Shown piece after piece: positions 40,253-51,547 of a stretch of 64,000 nucleotides of DNA. A program made the translations under genes and the position numbers. The notes beneath the pieces were generated by a model. That model did no database searches. It saw only the letters and a list, made by a program, of their open reading frames with translations, and was not told the origin of the DNA. Where the stretch lies: the NCBI GenBank assembly GCA_964106645.2, contig OZ067045.1; one strand, written 5' to 3'. How positions within the stretch are numbered: position 1 is the stretch's first letter; each line of letters starts with the position of its first letter. Origin of the DNA: Podarcis pityusensis (lineage: Eukaryota).

Positions 40253-42390
40253 CGGCTTTTTCTAGCAAGAAATGCCGCAGAGGACCAAAGTCTTTGATGT
40301 GACAAACATTTGCTTTGTTTTACAGTTGTGCGGTGGTGGCTGTCTCTTCTGGTGGTTCTGTGGAGTGACAGCTTCTAGTGGTGATTCTCTCTCTCTCTGT
40401 AGAGTGCTGAGCAAATGGTGCCAAGGTGTTACATGTACACACAACAGCCCTAAACTGTGATGCTTTCAAAGCGTATATGGACTACCCTGCTAACAAACTG
40501 CTACATTATTACCACAGAAAACACTGTATTTTATAGCTATTTTTTCATATAGATTTATAGTTACCATTTCTTGCTAAAACAAATTTGAGTACATTTTTAA
40601 GCAAATCTAGCAGTTTTGCTCAACACTCCTTTTCTTTAGATTTCTAATTGACAAGGTAAAAAGTCTTCACTCCGGTGACATCGGCTGCTGTAGCTTTTTT
40701 AATGCATCAGTTGTTAACGTGCCACACAAGCTCCTGGTCACAATAGTGGTGCACAGACAACCGCAAAAAGCTTTTTCCAGTTATTTGCTTCATGCAAAAA
40801 TAGCTGGAACCACTCCAGCCCAGGTAACTTGTGACATAACTTAATGGGCATAATCCACCTGTAACCTGAGCTCAAGATCCATAAAGTAGTTTGGGGTGGA
40901 TTCTGTTCATCTGTGGCTGACACTACATTAGAATACACAATTTGATACTTTTACATTTGGCCAAAGGCATTATCCATACAGTGCTCCTTAAATGTATGAA
41001 AGAATAGTTAAGACTACTTGCAAATATTTAAAGTCTTATTTCAATGCTAGACTTAGTGTGTAAAAACATGAGCTGGCTCAGAAGAGAGAGAACTTAAAAA
41101 CACTATTTTTTTGTAGTGCTAACGATTAAAGTAACTACTTTCAGTCAATATGTGCCATTAAATAAATGAACCTGTGGAATTAGGAAATAACCTTCCAACC
41201 AAAGTGGATCTGGGGGAATGACTGGTGCTTAAATTGAAAAAAAAGGTAAATATGTATAGTTATCCCATTGTATATTAATTGAGGTGAGAGAAGTCTTTAT
41301 AAAAACCTATTTAAATTTTCATATTTCATCTTTGAAAGAGTAATTATAAACCACAATATTTTCTGGTATAAAGGTTTTTGACAGTATTAATATTATTTTT
41401 ATATTTTCTTAAGTCATATCATTCTAATACATTGACAAGTAAAATGGGTTATTAGTTATAAATGCATATAGTTTTTTGATGAAGATAAAAGCACATTTAA
41501 GTTCCCATTTTCTACAAACGAAGTACATGTGTATATTAAAGATACCAAATTATATATAAATATATATAAATAAAATACACAACACTAAACGTTGGGGTGG
41601 GCAGAGTTGAGGAACCCCTCCCCCGCCTTCTGCTTGTGTGGTGATGGGCCATCTTGGCAGGCCCAGAATGTTACTATTTGTGCTGGTTGAAGATGCCAAT
41701 GTTGCCTGTATTTATGATATTGTCACCATGTTTCCTCAAAACCCACCCTTACCATGTTTACAGAGTTGTTTGCTGTGCATAACTTTAGTCATGTGCTTTG
41801 CACAATCAGTGTGGCTTCTGTCTGTAAATTGTTAATGTTTTGTACCTTCTGCTAAAAATGTTGGTGAATTTAACAAGTGGGGTTTTTTTTTTTTTTTTTT
41901 TTTTAGTTTCCTGAAGTACACCATTGAAAACTTACATTGGACCCTACAATCTATTGCAGTTGTATGCCACAATGATTTCAGGTCAAAGTACAGATGTTTG
42001 TTGCGTTGACGTTCCCTACAGAGCATCTAAACTGCAGTTGCAAATGAGTGGTAAATACAAGCACTGGCAGTTTCTAAAATTGGAGTGAATTGTGGAAATA
42101 CAGGTGTGTCAGTTTCTGTCTAGTAGGTGCTACATCATCCTCTGCTTCCAATTATGCTGAACACTGGTAATTTTCCCAAGTTTTTTGCACTTGGCAACCA
42201 AATGTTGCCATGTGATGTTTCACACTGCCAAGTGCATGGGGTTTGGTGCTTAGTTAACTTACCCTTATTGCAGTACTTCTGTGAATAGCTAATGCTTTGG
42301 AACTGGAATTGTACATTTTGTATTTTAATTTTAAAGCTCCTGTAAGTAAAAATAACCTTATTTGCTTTATTAAAGATATACCTTTAATAG
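40253..42390 (+). other. GARRE1: GARRE1 3' UTR (approximate end)
   Basis: AT-rich stretch without recognisable transposons after the stop; AATAAA near 41161 and 41569; ATTAAA at 42369 after a TGTACATTTTGTATTTT tract. Confidence 0.6.
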
Positions 42391-43338
42391 TAGGTTATAT
42401 CTTGTTAAAATAAGGTTTCTGCTGAAGATAATGAGCACCATCAAGCTGCAAGTTAATTTCAGTGGAGCTTTCCTTGCTAGCCCCCAAATTACAACATTGA
42501 CACAAATAGATACGAGCTGAAATACCCCTAGGTCTGTCCCACTTTGAGGATAAGGCATGATTGTGGAATTACTGAAAAGATGGCACATTCACTCTAGATG
42601 CAGCTGGATCGCGGTTGGTATATGAGGGTCTTGTGTGTGTGGTGGTAGGGAAATAAAATCCAAAGTCTTATTGGACAGAGGCAGGCCCCTTGCAAGGAAC
42701 TGTTGAATCCTGGCCTTGCAAAAGCAGGCACCATCCCTTGCTCCTAGATGCCTCCAGGGCAGGAACAGAGTTCTCTCCAGCTCTTTTCCCACTACTGCCA
42801 AGACAGCATGATAGAGAACACGGTCTAGATTGGGGGGGCAGAATCCCTTCATAAAGACTTATATTATCTCACTTTTGATCCCTCATTCTTTTACTTATTT
42901 ACAAAAATGAGGCTCTTGTGCCTTAAAACATTGCTGCATTTGTGAAGTTCCCTCTGCTTGACACACAACTGATTTCTCCCCTCCCTGTGTCATTAAGGAT
43001 TAAGTACTTGCTTGAATTTCTCACAAGCATGTGGGTTCCAGCCTGCTATCATAGTGTAACTTTGATACCAGTGATTTTCATTCAGGTGCCTCTTTCAGTG
43101 TTAACTTACCAAGTATGAAGTAATAGGCAAGGAGTATGTATTCACAATGCCACATGAAACCAAAAGTCCCGTAGCTCCTGCTCTGATGTGGGTGTAGAAC
43201 TGATGTGGGATCATTTGCAGACGTCGTTGGAAACCTCACCTACACCATTCCAAAATCAATTTTCTTTGTTGAGCTAGCCCTTAGACTTGGTACCTAGGCC
43301 AAGCCAGCCTCAGTCCCTAGCATCCTCTATGCTTACAG

Positions 43339-43475
43339 CAGGCATGGCCAAACTTGGCCCTCCAGATGTTTTGGGACTACAACTCCCATCATCCCTAGCT
43401 AACAGGACCAGTGGTCAGGGATGACGGGAATTGTAGTCCCAAAACATCTGGAGGGCCAAAGTTTGGCCATGCCTG
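43339..43475. mobile_element. Palindromic hAT MITE
   Basis: TIR CAGGCATGGCCAAAC / GTTTGGCCATGCCTG with a long internal palindrome; 8-bp TSD GCTTACAG/GCTCACAG. Related degenerate copies at ~7072, ~17737, ~36830, ~43620, ~45470, ~55852 and ~60982. Confidence 0.88.
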
Positions 43476-45207
43476 GCTCACAGTCTTAATACTACCGAGT
43501 GTAGGGTATGAAACACATGCTATGTGGACACATTTTCTGAATGGAAATGTATCTGGATTCCTAACTCAAGCTTTACTACCTAGCAGACATTGTGTATATT
43601 GTCTATAGGTCTCACTCAGCCTGTCTCATCCAGATGTTTTGGACTAGAACTCTCAACTCCAGCCAGCTCACATGGGCTGGCTGGGACTGATAGGATGGCA
43701 TTCAGTTGAAAGGCTGCCCCTTAGGCATTGGTAACTAGTGTGGTTGGTACCAGAACTATAGCTGGTCCCATAATGCAACAGCACAAGTGGTGAGGGACAG
43801 GAATATAGATGTTTGCAAGAACAGCTGTCTATAAATAGTGTGGCAAAGCTTTTTCAGATGTCGGACCTGGAGCAGGAAGGATAAGTCTCTGCTTCAGGAA
43901 GGAAATTTTTGACCAGCATTGATGAGTATCTAGAACTCCTATTGTCACTTTGAAGTCTCACTGCCTCATTCAAGGCTTGATATGGGCACTCTATATCCTC
44001 AAAACCTATCCAATCTGTCCTGTGTAGCATCTTGTACTGATGTTTCACTTAAGTATGTGGGCATCTATAGCACTTAAGTTCCATACCATGTAAGCAGTAA
44101 ATGTCTTACCTCGCCAACTATTCTGTTCATTTAAGTCTTCACTTTCCACCATCTTTCTGCCCTTGTTCTCATCCAAATTTAACAGGCTTAACAGACTTGC
44201 GACAAATAGTTTTGGTTTTATTATTGGAAAATTCATGATTCAAAATGGCAGAATGTTATTTGATCCCACTGCCTTAACTAGTTAGGTACTATTGTCTTCT
44301 TGCCTCACTCTGCTTTAGAACAGGTCTGATTGCCCAGCTACAATACAGCATTCTGCCTGGGGTACCTCACTGCATTATCAGGTGCAATCAATGTGAATTT
44401 AGCAGCAGTTCCAGAATCTAATGTTTAAAGAACATTGAAAATGTATGTTTTAAGTTACAATACCTGGATCTGCTCCACTTGCAGGATACCAAATGATACG
44501 GAATTGCTGAAGAGTGCATTCATTCTAGATGCAGCTGTTGTATGGCTGTATCCTACAGCTGTGCTGCAAAGAACTGCACAGCTGCCATGGACAGCCTCCC
44601 AGGGCCCCGAGGCCAGTGGCGGAGGCTAGAGAATGCCTCCCTTCATCTCGGGGAAGATTAACAGGTGCTTTGCCTCTGGCTCGAGTGTGTTGTGTAGTGG
44701 CCTTCATTGTAAGTTGGGAGTAAAAACAATTTCTAACATGAAACCCCTTTGTATCAGTATGCTTTCATTTGTTACCATAGACTGGAAACATAACTTAGAA
44801 ACTTTTAGTTAATAAGCATGGTTGGGGGAGAGCTCCCATTTTATACTACTCCTGGTCCAGGGGGGCAGGGGTCCATTCCACCAGCACTGCAAATGTAGTA
44901 GGAGAGGCTTTGCATCACCAGCTTCAGTGATAGAATGAGCTGCTGTTGCTACTTCACATCAACTCACTATGCTCCTTTTACATTGTATAGCTTTAGGTTT
45001 CTTTTTTCTTTTTTAAAAGAAGAGAAATCCCCCATGCCATCAGTCCTCTTTTACAATTAAGTGTGCTCTGGCAGCAGCTACTTTGCCTAGTCAGGGGAGA
45101 TAGCTGGGGCTACAGCAAACAAGGAAAGTAGTTTTAAGCAATAATAAAAGGGAGCTATAAACTGAGCAAGCAAATTCTGGGTGTTTCTGACAGTAAGCTG
45201 TTTTGAG

Positions 45208-45374
45208 AGGAATAGACTCCCTCAGGAGGTTGTGGGCTCTCCTTCCTTGGATGTTTTTAAGCAGAGGTTGGATGACCATCTGTTAGGGATGCTTTAGTTG
45301 AGATTCCTGCATTGCAGGGGGTTGGACTTGATGACCCTTGAGGTCCCTTCCAACTCTACAATTCTATGATTCTA
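45208..45374 (+). mobile_element. CR1 LINE 3' end
   Basis: ...tttttaagcagaggttggatg...ggtcccttccaactctacaATTCTATGATTCTA, the CR1 octamer tail. Confidence 0.85.
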
Positions 45375-45831
45375 AGTGAAAAGCAGCAATGCACTAGCTC
45401 CTCTGCATTCCAAAGCAGCTGTGGTGCTCTTTCGTCACTCATTCATAAAGTGTTATTACTGAGGCAATCTTACCCAACCTGCAGCCTTTCAGACAGTTCA
45501 GACAGTTCAACTCCCATGAACCCTGGATAGCACAGCTATATTGTCTGGAGCCGTTGAGTTTTAGTCCAAAACACCTGGAGGGCATTGGCTGAGGAAAACA
45601 ACTCATGCTAAGCTACAAAACCAGCTATCCTTTCCCTAAGAATCCATGGGAAAACCTCAGTTCACTGCCTAGAATCTTTCAGTAAGTACTAGCAAGAAAC
45701 ATTTAAAACATTGCTAGAACCTTAGCAGTCCAGGAGGGAAAGAAAATACTTCATAAAAGCACACTGAGAACTATGGAGATATGGATTGATCTGAAAATAT
45801 TAAGTGGTTCAAAACAGCCAGTTGAAATATC

Positions 45832-45837
45832 TTTATT
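45832..45837 (-). terminator. Candidate SS18L2 polyadenylation signal (AATAAA); a proximal one lies at 46410-46415
   Basis: tttatt on + strand = AATAAA on minus, downstream of the SS18L2 stop. Confidence 0.5.
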
Positions 45838-46506
45838 TTTTCCTCTACTGCATGTATGTATCAGGATCAATATGGTTTTTACTACAGAAAAGGAATACAC
45901 ATTAAAGTAATCAAAGCTTAGCAGTGCCCTTTACGAGTGATAATGTTTAATTCCATACAAATAAGAGGCAAAAGGAGGTGTTTTGTCAGTAGGCATGTGA
46001 CAATTCTCTCTTCCAAGCGCTAACGGGTAACTGCATACACCACCACATTGTTATAATCTCTTGCTCTTTTCACCATATCCGAAATAAGATTTTAATGTAA
46101 AAATGTTAAGTACCCCTTCTTTACCAACCTTCTTCATGGGTCACTGGGCTAGAATGTAATGTCACCTTGAGAACTGATGCTCTGAGGCAATGGCAAATGT
46201 TGATAATAATACCCATCAACCTTGACCTTTTAAGCAGCGACATTGTAGCTGAAGGAATATGCAGTGCACTATGTCATTTTTCCTTTTGCACCCAAGGTGG
46301 GGGTAAAGCAAATGGCATTTACTAGTTGATGGCAAAGAGGATGAAATGAAGGCAGGAATGTGTTCTGTTAAGGAAGCACAATTCAGCTGGCTTTCCATCA
46401 GGTGCTGGATTTATTCCTCTCCGTTAAAGAGGAGGGGACTAATGGATCTTCCAGATTCACACCCCATTTCCTTCAAGGATTCACAAGTGTGCCAAGGAGC
46501 ATAGTA

Positions 46507-46600
46507 TCAGTCTGCAACAGTCTTCCCTGCATTCGGAGAGGGAGATGCATCCGCAATAGTAGCTAAATAAATCAAGTTTCTGTGCAGTGTGTGCTGGTGT
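46507..46600 (-). CDS. SS18L2: SS18L2 exon 3 coding part (HQHTLHRNLIYLATIADAS...VAD*)
   Basis: cttctttttctctgttacag| acceptor; TGA at 46509-46507. Confidence 0.94.
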
Positions 46601-48571
46601 CTGTAACAGAGAAAAAGAAGAATGAGATTCCTTAGGGCAACTGAAATAACAGAATTGCTCTAGCAGCCAGCATATAAGTGACAGTAGGATTTAGGTCTCT
46701 ATTTTGCTCACTTTATACTTGAGAAAGCAGGGGGAAGGGAAGAGTTGTTAATTAATATGAAGCCAATAATATTTTTGAATCCTCTTAGCTTCTTTCCCCT
46801 GTTCCTGATAGTATTTTATTTTTAAATTGAAGGAAATGTTTTTTTTAAAAAATACTAATTAAGTCAATTGTTTTGTTGTTGTTTAGTCGTGTCCGACTCT
46901 TCGTGACCCCATGGACCAGAGCACGTCAGGCACTCCTGTCTTCCACTGCCTCCCGCAGTTTGGTCAAACTCATGTTGGTAGCTTCGAGAACACTGCCCTT
47001 GTTTAATGATGTTTAATGCTCACTTAATTACTGCAAAGGCATAGATGAGTGGGCAATATTGCACACTGGAGCACATCATTCTAACTTTACATTCACACTG
47101 ATGAAGTCTGAGCTAGCAGTGTCTAACCAGGGAAGATCTTGCTGTTGTGGTACACAGCTCTATAAAATCATCAAGCTTGTGCAGTGGCAGCAAAAGGGGA
47201 AAATGTTAGGGATTATTAGGAAATAAAATTAAAATAAAACAGCCACTATTACAATGGCCTTTCAGAAGTCTAGGGCTGCCAAGAAGAAGGGGTTGGTACA
47301 TCTGTAAGCTATTACCTCCCACATTAAATTCAGCGAAATAAACAAGATTTGCACAGTCTGGTTGTGTTTTACAGACTAACTGCATTCATTTCAGCAACAA
47401 TGTGCCTGATTTCAATTCTCCTTCACCTCCCCTGTAAATTTGCTCAGGACCAATGAGATTTATTCAAACCCACGTCTTGCAATGAGACACGCAAGCTCTC
47501 TAAACAATTACTTGATTGTTTGCTTTAATCAAGCAAATACAAAAATGAAGTCCTGAAAAATGCATAATAGGCGACTCTTAGATTGAATTTACTTACTGCA
47601 CACATTCTTCAGCTCTTCCTTTATTCTGATATTCTACAATACATCGAATCAGCTGGTCATTTTCTTCAAGCAGCTGAAAGTTACAACAGCACTGGATCAA
47701 CTGCATATTACTGAAACTTGTTCAAGAACAACTACTTAACAATTACACTGGATAATTTTGAGGATGATTTATAGCATAGGTACTGTGAACTACCATCTCA
47801 CGATCAATGAGGCAGTGTGTGGGTGGGTGGTCAGAGGCTTCAAAGGCACCAGGGAGCAATTTTAAGGGCACCATGGTGCCCACAGGTGGCCTACTGATGA
47901 CCCCTGATTTCAGATTATTAAAGTGGTGGATGAAGAATATCCGGTACTAAAAGAATGTCAACTTCAGTCCTCAACTAAAGACTTAAATATTAAACGGCGA
48001 GTTTTCTTTTTGGTAACGTTAAGAGTTTACTGTTACTGCAAAAGATATAGGATATTGTAGCAGACTATGCTATTCATTTGTTTTAGTCATCTTTCTTTTT
48101 ATTGTACTTGGTTATGGCCTTTCGCTAAGCAATCACGATCGAGGAGAGTGAAGGAGCCGACCTGCGCAGAGCCACTGATTTCGGCCAACCCTGAGAATGT
48201 ACAGAGTGCACTGCCCAGGGTCACTGACGTCACGCTCTCAGCTTTTAAGCAGCCCGGACCATCTTCACGCAGCCTGCAAGAGGCGGGGAATGAAATGGCA
48301 CAGACACTTCCGGTTCTAACCGACGAACTAACCCAATACAAAGAACCTGGCCAGGAAAACAGAGAGAGAGGAAGGTAGAGCGGCGCTCTGACGCCTCCCG
48401 ACGTTCTTGCCTTTCCTATGGCGGCGTACGGGAGTTAAAAGGATGGCTGCGTGAGCGACGCTCCCCTCCGCTCTCTCTGTGGCGCCCGCCCCTTTCGCTC
48501 ACCCGTTGCAACGTCTCTTGGTTCACCTCCGCCTTGCCTCGGAGTTTCTCCGGCACGAAAACCACCGACAT
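46507..48571 (-). CDS. SS18L2: SS18-like protein 2 (SNH/SSXT domain), 3 coding exons, 79 aa
   Basis: complement(join(46507..46600,47597..47673,48503..48571)) = MSVVFVPEKLRGKAEVNQETLQR LLEENDQLIRCIVEYQNKGRAEECVQ HQHTLHRNLIYLATIADASPSPNAGKTVAD*. Very close to human SS18L2 as recalled; both introns GT-AG with compatible phases. Confidence 0.95.
46873..46998 (-). mobile_element. BovB (RTE) LINE 3' end in SS18L2 intron 2
   Basis: Revcomp reads ggcagtggaagacaggagtgcctgacgtgctctggtccatggggtcacgaagagtcggacacgactaaac(aac)n, the BovB 3' terminus. Confidence 0.85.
47597..47673 (-). CDS. SS18L2: SS18L2 exon 2 (LLEENDQLIRCIVEYQNKGRAEECV[Q])
   Basis: aactttcag| acceptor; CA|gtaagt donor on the minus strand. 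Confidence 0.95.
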
Positions 48572-49900
48572 GCCAGCGGAGGGAGCGGCAGCAGCGGCTT
48601 CTAAGCCTCACGCGAAAAGTGGGCCGCGACGCAAAGGTTGATGGGAGCAAAAGGACCAATACTTTGCACCGATTGGCTGCCCCTGTGCGGCCTCGGAAGC
48701 TCCCGTACATGAATGCAGATCATTAAATGTAGAGTAGTCCATATCCCGGTGTGACTAAGAAACTTCCGAGTTTTTAAAATTCCAGCCAGTTAAACGGGTT
48801 AGACTACAGTGAAAGAATTTATGTGTGTATAAGAGAGAGAAGAGTGTGCCAATCAATTTCTAGCGTGACGGAAGAGGGAGGAAAACTTTACTTTCTCCGC
48901 CCTATGCATAATTTTGTGAGTTTACATCACGTCAGGCTGCAGCAAAGACCGTGCTAATTAAGGGGCCTGCTCGCCACTCTCTTCCCAAGTCGGCGCTCAC
49001 TCGCAGCACAGACGCGGCTTCGACTAGCAAAGCCTGCAACGAAAAATCTCAAATTGACCCGGGAGCTGCGCAGTGCGCGCGACTCTACATCCTTCCTTCA
49101 GTCTATAGTATACGTATCAGAGGAACTCCCTCCCTCTCCCCGCCGTTCTTCGAAGCCTTCGTAGCAATTGGCCAGTCGGGCGGGTGGAGGCGGGCTCTGA
49201 AAACAAATTACGACGGCGGGGCCTCGGTTGTGTTGGGAAGGCGGGCTTTGGGCTGATTGGCGAGCCGGAAGGCTCGAGGGGCGGACGTGATTGGTCAGGG
49301 GTGCGAAAGGTGGGCGGGGCCACGTTAAGGTGAGTTGCCAGGGCTCCGGTTGTCAAGCGGCAGCCAATCAGGGTGGGGGATGGGAGCGGGTGGTGGAGGC
49401 GGAGAGCACTGAGAGCCGTTCAGACGGAGGAGCGCGCGGGTAGGAGACAAGCAAGGCCGGCCGAGACGGGCCTCACGTCGGGGTAGGCCGTGGGTAGCCG
49501 CAGCAGCCCCCACCCGAAACCTCCCTGGAGCGGCGGCTGGCCCGGGAAGGCCTTCGGGTTGCCACCCGGGGCCGCGGCGGCCTGTTTACATTCCCTCCCC
49601 CGAGCAGGTGCTCGCCTGTCCGGCGGTGTGTGCCTGGGAGGTCCCGGCCAGGCCTCGCCGGAGGGGAGAGGGCTGCTTCTCCTCCGGGCAGCGCATGAGG
49701 TGGATGGGTGGGATCTTTCTCTCCCAGGGAAGACTTGGCTGATCTAAGAGAAGGGGTTTCCTGGGGGCTGAATGGGATCTGCTGCCCACAGCACTTTGCG
49801 GGGTGGGGGTGGGAATGTTCACAAGCTCGGCTGGCTCCCTCGGATTCGAGTCACTTGCTCTAAACACGGGTGGCTAGGAGGTGCTGACTGGGAGAGGGCC
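48120..49900. promoter_or_regulatory. CpG island / bidirectional promoter of SS18L2 (-) and KATNB1 (+)
   Basis: The only extended CpG-dense non-repeat region, between the divergent 5' ends. CCAAT/ATTGG boxes at ~48682, 49167, 49256, 49290 and 49364; GC boxes (GGGCGGGG); ETS motif CCGGAAG at ~49265; CRE TGACGTCA at 48225-48232. Confidence 0.85.
48503..48571 (-). CDS. SS18L2: SS18L2 exon 1 coding part (MSVVFVPEKLRGKAEVNQETLQR)
   Basis: ATG = revcomp of cat 48569-48571 inside the CpG island; donor CGG|gtgagc. Confidence 0.94.
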
Positions 49901-50951
49901 GCTGCCTTCGTGCCCTGCTTTGTGGGGTTCTGGGGGAGGGGGGGCGAGATCTGGTTTCTGGGTCTTAAATAGGCCTTTAGCCTGATCCAGTTAACAAGGC
50001 TCTTCTGAGAAGCTGCTGAGATCACCTCGCCTATGTCACCCATAAAAACTCCATCCTGCCTAACACCTGTAGGGATGCAGCACACACGCATTTGTTCCAT
50101 AAAATTTATGTGCTGCTTGATTATAAAAGCAAAAGCTCGAAGTGTTCTACAAAAAGAATAAAGCACTGCAGTTATTAGTAAACAGAGGCAATATTTTAAA
50201 ACATTGAAAAGTAATTAAGGTTGGCAGTAAGCAAAAACAAAAAATAATAATTAAAATATGTGTCAGCATCATGCGTACATGGGTAGGCTTGCTTAAGCAG
50301 ACATGTTATTAGCAGGTGCCAAAAACAGTACTGTGAAAGTGTGGGCCCTACCACACTAAAATATTGATTTCTTACCAATGTGGAATAAGTATTATATGCC
50401 ACCTGTAACAGAGCCAGTTCATCAGTTCTGTACAATGGGGTAGTAATCCTCAGTCTAGAAATTACATGTGTGGGTGGAAATTTGACAGTAAATTGAGGAG
50501 TGGAGCATGCAGACAAGAGTTAACTCCCTCCTGGAGGGAGGCTGTGAACAAAGTGTATTTTTGAAGGCTACCTGTCAGTTTTAGGGATCCTGCTTTCAGG
50601 ATCAATTCTGTGCCCCACTGTCTGTCTCTGCAACTACTCCCAATAGATGTGCTAGTTGTATCCCAAAGCAACTGAATAACACCAAGTTGTCAAAGTCTGC
50701 TCTAATTTATTGATCATTGATGTAATGACAAAAGTACCTTTTATTGTTATTGGAAGATACACAGAAAAGTACCGTAGGAGTTCCTGATCACTTACATTCC
50801 ATGTTAAAAAACATAATTGGGTTGTATCCAGCCAAGTACTACTTGGAATATATCCAGTACAATTAACGTACCTAACTTAGTCATATTCATCAATTTCAGT
50901 AGGTATACTCTGAGGAGGACTAATACTGTATGCAGCCCAATTCTGGAAATA

Positions 50952-51142
50952 CAGTCATACCTTGGAAGTCGAACTTCTTACCAGTCGAACGTTTTGGCTC
51001 CAAAACGCCGCAAACCCGGACGTGAGTATTTCGGTTTGCATCCAACGTGGGTTCCGTGGGTTCTGATTGGCTGCAGGAGCTTCTTGGTTTCCAGATGTTT
51101 TGGAAGTCAAACGGATTCCGTTCAACTTCCGAGGTACAACTG
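50952..51142. mobile_element. Tc1/mariner-type MITE (family of 3490-3739)
   Basis: TA|CAGTCATACCTTGGAAG ... CTTCCGAGGTACAACTG; shared core ttttggaagtcaaacgga and attggctgcagga. Confidence 0.8.
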
Positions 51143-51507
51143 CACCTGTTCTAAGTTATTGTTATAAAAAAAAAGATAAATGAAGAAACCTGCTAAGCTC
51201 TATTTTAATGTAGTTTGTTTTTCTGCTGTGTTAGCTGAACTGGTTAAAATGAACACTTTCCTCCTAGGTAACTTTAATGACTGCTTCCTGGGATTTTGCT
51301 TGCATTCTGGAAGAAATAGGCCACTGAATAAGCCTAGGAGACATATTTATATTTTAAAAATAAAAGTGCCATCGCCTTGACTGCTGCAGGACAGTTCAGA
51401 AACTTGAACCTTGTATCTGGGGGGTTGAGCCCCACACATGCTGATGAAAACAGAGCTTTGGGAGAAAAAAGAAGACTGCTTTCTGTAGCTGTGTGAGAAT
51501 CACTGCA

Positions 51508-51547
51508 ATGGCAGCTGCAGTTGCCACCAAGACAGCTTGGAAGCTGC
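51508..51547 (+). CDS. KATNB1: KATNB1 coding exon 1 ([13 protein letters not shown][Q])
   Basis: gcaATGg Kozak context; C|gtaagt donor. Confidence 0.92.

Noticed and set aside
42400-45800. Search for GPI exons, expected downstream of GARRE1 from human synteny
   Set aside because: No GPI-like coding sequence recognised; only repeats and non-coding sequence.
48067-49972. Several 60-100-aa ORFs in the CpG island
   Set aside because: GC-rich, stop-poor sequence; only the 69-nt SS18L2 exon has homology and splice support.
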